Below, one piece after another: positions 55,225 to 64,000 of a stretch of 64,000 nt of DNA (its first letter is position 1; each line of letters starts with the position of its first letter). The notes under the pieces were generated by a model, which saw only the letters and a program-made list of their open reading frames with translations, was not told the origin of the DNA and did no database searches. Source of the stretch: Camelus dromedarius (taxonomy: Eukaryota); contig NC_087436.1 in NCBI RefSeq assembly GCF_036321535.1, forward strand, positions 16,864,001 through 16,928,000, written 5' to 3'. The translations under genes and the position numbers were made by a program.

Positions 55225-55376
55225 CCTACTCCTCAGATCACCAGCATCGTTATCATTCCAGGAACTTGTTAAAAATGTAGGATCTCAGGACCCCACCACA
55301 AACCTATGGAACCTGAATCTGTATTTGAATAAGGGCAGCAGTGATTTATAATCATATTAAAGTTTGAGAAACACTG
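55225..55376. mobile_element. MER5-like MITE
   Basis: aacttgttaaaaatgtaggatctcaggacccc...aagtttgagaaacactg. Confidence 0.78.
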
Positions 55377-56084
55377 TTTTAGACAATTCCCCATAGTATT
55401 TTGCCTTTTAAGTGAGCTTTTGATAAGTATTGACTATATGAAGTAATCTTTTTCTTGACAAGTACCTAAAATGCAGATATTTTATGTTGAATTTAGAGTA
55501 ATGTAGTGGGCTAGGAATGCATTTTCTTGTAAAAGTTGAAGAGTGAGATTATAACCAACCAAAGATACCAGAAACACATTCTCAAATAATGAAACAGAAC
55601 TACAGTGAATGTCAAAATTGGCCTGGGAAAATATGCCAGATATTTTTATAATAGAGCTTTCAGCCAGATAAATTAATCCAGACAATTTCAATAAGCTGAT
55701 ATATCATCCAAGTATATCGTGAATCTCTAGAAATCTGATTTTAGTGATTTATAAGCACATGTAGTTTGAGAAGCACTGGTTTATGTAATTCCCCATAAAA
55801 GTCCTCCAAACAAGAGGAGGTAGTCAATCAAGTTGCAGCTAGGGGGCTGGGGCAGCCTTTGACCACATGCATTTGATTGGCAGTTCTATATCCCATTATG
55901 ATTAAGTCCTAGTGACTCCCTACAAAATCACTGGCTGTTTTCTAAAAGATCTAAAAGTGGAAAACACAATTGCTGAGTGCCAAGCACTAAAAATCTCATG
56001 TATACTCTAATGCTGTCTTTGTTTATTGTATTCTGACTATTTTCATAAATTTCATAAATTTCTTTTCCCTGTATCACTAATTTT

Positions 56085-56270
56085 ACCTTCTGAATAGTGT
56101 AGTAAGTCTGAATCCCAGTCACCTCCTATTGTGTAATCAAGGTAAAGATATTAAACTTCTCAACTTCCTAAGGAAAAGTGGTAATTAAAGTATCTATTTT
56201 GCAAAGTCTTGGTGAAGATTGAAGAAAATGTACATAAAGCACATAGTAGGTTCTAATTATTAGTTATAAC
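56085..56270 (+). mobile_element. MIR fragment
   Basis: tctgaatcccagtc...cttggtgaagattgaagaaaatgtacataaagcac. Confidence 0.55.
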
Positions 56271-57905
56271 AATTTATTCGTTCTGTGATGCAGTTCCAGA
56301 TCTACCACACAGTACATAAATCTCATCATGATAACCAAACTCACCATTCACAGTGTTTTACAGTTAAATAATTCTCAAATACACAAAAGGATTGAATTCA
56401 AAATTTTAAAATACTATTCAGTTTACAACTGAATTGTTTAGTAATAAATTAACTATGTGGCAGAGTACTTTAAATCCAAAGGGGGAAACATATTCAAAAT
56501 CAAATAAGCATCTTTATTTATTTAAGCATCAATTTCAACATCAATAAGAACACAAGCACATTAAAATGCCCCCAAATTATAAAACAGAAACTCATTTCCT
56601 TTTAACTCCAGCAGATAAAAAAATCAATCATATGTATTTATAGATTCATACAGTTTAAAACTTGAGAATGAAACAACTCACTCCTGGCAGCAGCTGTTCC
56701 ACTGCTTGGCAATCTTGAATTTTAGTTTCCAGGAACACACACAAACCACAGGAGAGATTTGGAGCCATGTAACCTCCTAGGAAGTTTAGATACACCTGGG
56801 AAACCTATGATTCCCAAGATCTTTTCATTCTTTTCTTTCTTGAGAGACAGACACTCATCCTAAGCTTAAGAAATTTTTCTACCATATTATTTTTAAAATT
56901 TCTGTTGTTTTATACATCAATTATACAAAACAGTATAATTATTCACATACATATCTATTTATATCTCTGTATATCTTAAAGAATAATACTGAAACAAATA
57001 CTTACAAAACTTAGGGAGCAGAACTCTGTGTCTTTTCCTTCCCTTCATATCCTGAAGAAACCAGTCTCCTTAATTTTATGTTAATTGTTCCTTTACTTTT
57101 CTTTACCACTTTAGTACTACATATATCTCTAATTAGTATTTTGCTTACTTTTACTTGTTTTTAACTTTATGTGTATAGAATTATAATGTCTTTTCTCTCT
57201 TTTTGCCCAATGATGTATTTTTGGGAGATCCATCAGTCTTCAAAATGTTGATGTATGCCCCATGGTTCATTCATTTTCATGGATGCGTAACATCCCGTTG
57301 AATAATTACACTATAGTTTAATTATCCTGTCTATTGCTGAGAGATACTTGGCCTTTTAAAAAGTTATTTCCTATCATGAACAATTCTGCTACATTCCTTT
57401 GCAAGTTTTAGGTGCAAGAGTTTCTCTAGGGTAAGAACTCTCAACGTCAATATGAACCTGCATCCTGTTGCGTCGAGAATGGGTTATATAGATGGCAGAA
57501 TATTGATCCTTTCAGCCTGGAAGGCAGGTGGGCAGGACCTGCCTGGGCAGGAGGAACTCAGTAACTGATTATTAACTATCTGAATAATTGATTGCCTCTA
57601 GCCACAAGTGGCCTGGAGTAGAATAGCTGTGCTGGGCAGTGAGTGTATGTTCACAGTTTTCCACTCCCCACAGCAGTTTACAAGTCCCCATTGCTTCATG
57701 TGCTTGGCAACACTTATTATGTCAAAATTTTAACATTTGCCAATTTGTAAGGTATGAAATAGTTCTTTGTGCTTTAAATTTACATTTTCCTAGTAACAAA
57801 TAAGGCTGATAATTTTTTTTAACATATTTCTAAGCCACTATTATTTCTTCTTTGTGAACACCATATCGTTGTGTTTTTAAAAATGTGTTTGGATGCCTTT
57901 ATACT

Positions 57906-58389
57906 TGTCGACTGAAAAAATGCACAGCCTAAAAGTTAAGAGTTATATTTTATTTGGTGGGAAGACTTGAGCCGGGATGACAGCCTCTCAGATTGCTCTC
58001 AGAGAGGCAGGGGAGGAGCTAGGATATATAGGAGCTTTACAACAAAGACCAGGTAGTTGGAACAATAAAAGATTGCTTGTTATCTAAAGAAAAAGAGGCA
58101 TCTCAAGTTAAAGAATTTAGCACTTTTCTTTGTATGGGAGGAAACAAACATTTGGGCTCACTGAATTCATTCCTTTGACAAGCACCCAGCTATCTAGGGC
58201 CAGTATCCTGTCCTTTCTTATTCTGAGTCCCCTCAAAGGGCACCTTTGTGAGTGGCTGCAGAGGCCAGGCTGCAGGCCTGTCCTCACTAGGGGGTGGCGG
58301 CAGCTGCTGATGACTTGATGGCTTCAGCATTCTTTGTTTACTGATACGGTTGCAGTATTTTCATTCACATTGCAGTATTTTGGTTCACA
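57906..58389 (-). mobile_element. ERV1-class solo LTR, copy 1
   Basis: TG...CA ends; 4-bp flanks tact/tacc; minus-strand TATA (cctatatatcc) and AATAAA; homologous to copy 2. Confidence 0.9.
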
Positions 58390-59314
58390 TACCCCTTCTA
58401 TTTTGTGCTATTTGTTCTTTCCGTTTTGTCCTTGTTTTCTTTTGCTTCTTTGTCTTTTTTGGAAATTGATACATTTTCCCCTCTTGTTCCATTTTTCCTT
58501 GTGATAGTTTGGCGTTGTACTAGTTTTCCTTGTACTCATTTGGCATTAATGTTCTCGTTTGGCATTTATGTATAGTCTTTATAAGTGGCTAACCTATTGA
58601 TTTTAATATATACCTTTAACTTAAACTATCTTTATCTTTTCCCTGCCATATATAGAAATCTTAAATTGCCTTAACTACTAGAGTTTAGTTCTCTTTTATT
58701 ATTTTTACCATTTTTAACTTCCCAAATTGAAATAATTATTTTGTTTATACTTCCTTGTTTGTTTAGTTTTATCTACATGCTTACTAATTTTTTTTTTTTT
58801 TTTTACCTGCTCTTATATGCAGCACCACAGATCTATAGGATGATATTCCTTCTTGAACTACATCTTTAGAAGTATCTTCAGTAAGGGTCAGTTGGCTGAA
58901 AACTTCAATTTATAGTGTGTTTATGTTTTCCTCCTCGGTAATACCTTCTCAGAATCTTGACGTTTTCACTCCCCTGTTATCTGGCTGCCACTGTTGCTGT
59001 TGAAAAATCAAGTGTTTGTCCAGTTGTCTTTCCTTTGTGAGTAATCTGTCTCTGTTCTATGTCTACTTTTAAGGACTTCTTTTCATTGTTGTTCTACTAT
59101 TTTATTATGAGATGTCCAAGTGTGGTTTTCTTTTTGTTCATTCTGCTTTGTTTTTGTTGGGCTTCCTATGTATGAAAATCAATGTCTTAAGAGCATTCTG
59201 AGAAAAAAAATTTCTGCAATTCTCTCTTCAAATGCTGTCTTTCTTCCATGTTTTATCAACTCTAATTAAAACTTTTTATAAAACTCTACTTAGACATATG
59301 CTGAGTCTTCCATT

Positions 59315-59810
59315 TGTCGACTGAAATAAATGCACAGCCTAAAAGTTGAGAGTTATGTTTTGTTTGGGGGACATTTCTGAGGACTCGAACCCTTTCGAGT
59401 CTCCGATGAAGCCTCTCAGATGTCTCTGATGGACTGCTCTAGAGAGGTAGGGGAGGAGCCAGGATATATAGGAGCTTTACAACAAAGACCAGAGTTGGAA
59501 GAATAAAAGATTACTAGTTAACTAAAGAAAAACCAGGTATCTCGAGTTAAAACATTTGGCGCTTTTCTATGTATGGGAGGAAGCAAACATTTGGACTCAC
59601 TGAATTCATTCCTTTGACAAGCACCTAGCTATCTAAAGCCAGTATCCTGTCCTTTCTTATTCTGAGTCCCCTCAGAGTGCACCATTGTGAATGGCTGCAG
59701 AGGCTGGGCTGCAGGCCTGTCCTCACTGGGGGGTGGCGGCAGCTACTGATGACTTGATGGCTTCAGCATTCTTTGTTTACTGATATGGTTTGCAGTATTT
59801 TTTGTTCACA
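59315..59810 (-). mobile_element. ERV1-class solo LTR, copy 2
   Basis: TG...CA ends; perfect 4-bp TSD catt (59311 and 59811). Confidence 0.92.
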
Positions 59811-62800
59811 CATTCAATTATCATTCTGTTACTCTTTTATTCTTTTTCATATTTGCTATCTCTTTGTGTCTCATTGCTGCATCCTGGGTCTTTTTTTTCT
59901 CCTGATTTCTCCTTTAGTTTATTGGTTCTCTTTTTGTGTGTTTCTGTTCTTTTCTTTTACTATCAATGGAGTTTCTAGTTATTTCACTTATTATATTTTT
60001 CAGTTTTTACAACATCTAGTTGTTATTTTCCAAATCAGCTTGGTCAATTTGATAATTTTTTGGTTCTTTTAATATATTCCTCTAAACAAATAATGGAAGC
60101 TCATTCTTATTTTATATTCTGTATATCTTAATTACAGTATTACAGTCTTTGAGTTTCTGAAAACGTAGTTTGTTGTTTCTTGTGATACGTTGATTGTTTA
60201 TTTTCTTATGTTTAATGACTTTTCTGATTGTGAGCTCATTTTTTTTCTTGGTATTTTATTGTGAGAATTCTTTAAAACCAGAATTTAAACTGCATTCTTC
60301 TAAAAATGATTGATGTTTGCTTTTCCCAGGTGCTTTAGAGCACTACCAACCTGGGGCCACTTTATTCTAAGTGTTTTGCCTTTATTTTGCAGAGGAGGTC
60401 TGGGATATTGCAGGTAGTGCTAACTGAGGCCGCAAATCCATATGAATGAGGTCTTGTCATGAAAAATTCCTCAGAGGGTCTTTTTTTTCTCTTTCTACCC
60501 AGAGCCAAAGTCATGACAGATAAGTAGTCTCATGGTATCGCTTTCTCTTCCTGTTTCTATTTCTTTCTTCCTCCAGGGAAATTTCAAAATCCTGATTTAT
60601 ACTCTAAAGATATTGCACTTCCAGTACCCAGGTTTTATGAGGCATGGTCTCAACTCTAACATTCCTTCATGCTCTGGGTTCCAGTATTAGTCTCCCAGAT
60701 GCAGGGCACAGAGCTCATTAAAACTGAGGCTCCAGGTTGTCAGAAATTTCCATGCAATTCCCAAAGCAAAGACAAGCTCCAGAAATCATACAACAGTAAA
60801 TTCAACATTTCTTGTTTTTGATCAGAAAGGAATGCCATTACTTTCTCTTCAACTCAGCTATGCATTTAAAATATCTTTTATTTTTGTCTTTAGAATTTAT
60901 TATAGTATTATGCTGTGATTTGTTGCTACGAACGTGCTCCTGGAAATAACAGCCCTATTATGTCTTTTACAAATAGGTTTCAACCCTCAGAGGGACTTAC
61001 CTTGAGATGTAAACTTCTCTATCCAGCCCCTTCTCTCAGTCTTTGTATTATCTCCTATGTTATCCTTAAATCCCTACACATCAAAGAGTTTTGATTTCCC
61101 TTGGAGGTTAAAGAAATTTTGTCTAGGGACTGTTAAATGAATAACCCATGTTTTGTTGGGCCACCATCTTTGGTCTCTCCTAATCTGAAAGTTGAATGAC
61201 TTTTTGAGGCCATGGCCATTATAGAGTGACCAGCGTTACCTATGGGATTCCCTCCACTCCTCCTAAGAAATGTAGAAGAAATACAGCACTTGAGAACACC
61301 TTCAAAATGGATGTTTCTATGGCTCCATGGAAAGGTTTTGAAAAACTACAGGCTTCCCGGGGGTGGTTCTACGGCTTGAAAACCCTCCTTTGGTTTGTGT
61401 GTGTTCTTAGAAGCTCTCAAAAGCAACAATGTAAAGATACTTACTTGTGAAAAATTCCAAAATGATGTGTTGGGTGTCTTCTGGTTCTGCATGCGTGCAA
61501 GTTATTGATATTTTTCTTTTTAAACCATTTCTTAGACAAGAAGCAGGAGCAATACAAGGAGGACGCTCACTGCTATTTCACAGAATGTGCTAGTGACATG
61601 ACTGATCTTTGCTGGGGAAACACAAGTGTTAATACTCAAGCCTGGCAGAAAAAGCTTTTCAGTTTATTTCACAAGTTTTGATGTGTAATTTGTAATTGTA
61701 TATTGTATGCTGTTAGTGATTTTTCTCTTCACGGTTACCTACTTTTAAACAAACCTTTCATTTACCGTGAATAATGTGTTTATATATGCTTCTGGTAGGG
61801 TCATGAAGCTATTTATAGCTATGAAAATTTCTTGCTACTTAGAAAATACCTTTAAACACCTTTTGGGTTAAGTATTGGAGGTGTAATATGCCAACTATAG
61901 ACTACATATTTATTGCAAACATATTGCAAAATTTCACACTAATAATAGTAATATAGAAATATGTCTAGCATTACAATGCAAAATCAAAGACTTTCTTCCA
62001 TATTTCATCTATGGTTAATCAATGCAAGAATTTAATCATTAAACTATAAGACGAATTAGCAGCATTGTCCAAAGGAAAAAGAAAATTCCAGATGAGATTT
62101 GGTAAGTAGAAGGGAATTGATATATTAGACAACTGCTTCTAAAGAGAACCTTGAGGTGTAATAATATTGTGCAGATTATCAGAAGTAAGCTTGGTACCAG
62201 TTAAATTGTGGGATTTGAGAAAATATATGGGGTAAAGGAGTCTGAGAAGAGGTTTGAAATAAATCCACACAGGCTGTTAAAAATTTTTGAAAATTTTGAT
62301 GTGAGGATTTAATAGATGACTTACATCTTCAGCCAAGTATTTTGAATGTGTCACTTCAAATGCATTGTCATGGAGAGACTGGGAGCTTGAAGAAGTCTAA
62401 AGGAGTAGGTAGCAGCTATGGAAAGAAGAAAAATTTTAAGAGAGAAAGGCATTGAAACATTAAGGCAGAATGGACTTGAGATTTTAATATGAAAGTATGG
62501 AGAAAACTGAGACTGAGGGAAAAAAAAAACAAAACTCAGGACCCCTTAAAAATGACTGCCGTTCACTTTGCAAAAAGATGACCTCAAAACTCCCAATTTC
62601 TAATTATGTTAGATAAGAAGAAAAAGACACAGTGGAGGTTGTGAAGGCATGAGGTCACAAGAGAATAACTGGAAAAAAATCAGAGAACATTAAGTAAAAA
62701 CAAATCCTCAAGAATGTTTCTTTGAGACTCTTTTACTTAGTGGCCTTCACATTTGATACCCTTCATCCTGGAGAACATGCCAGTCTCAGTTAGTCTGGCC

Positions 62801-62923
62801 AAGAAGGAAGCAGTTAAAAAAAACTAAGTTGGTAAGTGTAAATATTAGTATCACATAAAGACAATTTGTTCTAAGCCAAGCACTTTGTTTTTGTGCAAAA
62901 GTATGGAGTATATAGGTTAAAAA

Positions 62924-62960
62924 TAATTTTTGTAGCCACGAGTAATTTTGTAGCCACGAG
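62924..62960. repeat. 18-19-bp tandem duplication taatttt(t)gtagccacgag x2
   Basis: Directly visible. Confidence 0.9.
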
Positions 62961-63534
62961 TGTGTGTCAAGGAACACAGCATTGAAGGAATTGTTTAAAA
63001 TATTGCTACTGCTTCATGTTTTATTATCACCTACATGCTGCATGTAAGTTTTAGTAAGTACAGTATTATTCGTAAGGATGATTGTTTTTAAAAAGAAAAC
63101 ATGATCAGGGAGTTCTCAAAGTAAAAAAACACTTGAGAGATGAAGCAAACCAATTCTCGAGGTTATTATTGCATTCTAGCAGAACTGTAGAAAAAAGTTA
63201 ATCTTTGATCTTAAAAAATAAATGGCATGAAATACAAATTTACATATACAAGTCAGGCTTCATGTAAGACAGCACTATAAGACAGAATGAAGCTTAACTC
63301 TAAAGGAGAGATATATGATTTGTTTAAAACATTTAAAAACATTGTCTCTGTGTCTTAAAACAGTATTTTGGCAATACAAATACAAATTTCTTCTACCTTT
63401 CGTCTTTACACTGACCCTTTATATATCCTGAGATTGTATAGAAGAGACATCCTTAGTTTCATTTGTCAAATAGGCTAAATACATATTTAAAATTTAAAAA
63501 GCAAAACTGAAATAAGCATTTTCCTTGTGGTATC

Positions 63535-64000
63535 ATGAGCACATCAATAGCTAACTCACTTTCTGATACTGACTTAGAGTCTGAAGGTGAAGACAACACC
63601 AACAATCCAAAATCCGCTAACCTTTACTCGTTATCAAGATTACCTCAAATTCCTCCTATCTGAGACCATTTTTTCAACAGCTATTTTGTGCAAAATAATT
63701 GTCATAGCAGATTATAAACTGAATATGCAATCCATCAGTGCCTCTAGGTATCAGTTTAACCTTTGGATCTCGCCAAATGACGAGAAGGGCAATGGCCCAC
63801 TTATTCTGATGTCTTGTAGCATTATCTTCATGTGTTGTTCTTTCTACTGTTGACTGATATTGAAGGATCATGTAAAAAGTTCATATTAAACACTCTCATG
63901 TAATTGTTTAAGAAATGCTTTTGAAGCTGACTGTGACATTATACCAGGCTTCTTTTCAAGGACTCATGGAAGAAATGTTTCACAGAAAATAAGTTTGCTT
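63535..64000 (+). pseudogene. Possible decayed DNA-transposase N-terminus
   Basis: One frame from ATG 63535 reads MSTSIANSLSDTDLESEGED...SRL*TEYAI...AK*REGQWPTYSDVL*HYLHV with several stops. See findings. Confidence 0.35.

Larger units (their letters stand above)
56880..60900 (-). mobile_element. Mosaic of old antisense L1M/ME fragments hosting two LTRs
   Basis: T-rich L1-antisense text (cttggcaacacttattatgtcaaaattttaacatttgccaattt; ttgctgttgaaaaatcaag). Boundaries are rough. Confidence 0.55.

Noticed and set aside
57906..59810. Single deleted provirus or TRIM-like element
   Set aside because: Each LTR has its own TSD, the outer flanks differ (tact vs catt), and the spacer is L1-like.

Overview
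AT-rich mammalian non-coding DNA dominated by interspersed repeats: L1, L2, MIR, a tRNA-derived SINE, ERV1/MaLR/ERVL solo LTRs, and hAT and Tigger MITEs. The SINE resembles camelid Vic-1, so the source is probably a camelid (inference). I find no intact protein-coding gene, RNA gene, CRISPR array or prokaryotic system. The listed ORFs are decayed L1 ORF2 pieces, microsatellite artefacts or chance frames. 8 of 9 LTRs and most L1s lie on the minus strand, which suggests a large intron of an unidentified plus-strand gene. The main observations are: two insertions stacked at one L1 endonuclease site, one carrying non-L1 cargo (14.4-16.4 kb); two inverted (twin-primed) L1s; two independent sister ERV1 solo LTRs starting 1.4 kb apart; a possible fossil DNA-transposase N-terminus at the right edge; and weak regulatory and splicing candidates. 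Repeat family names come from recalled consensus features, not a database search, and boundaries of old repeats are approximate.
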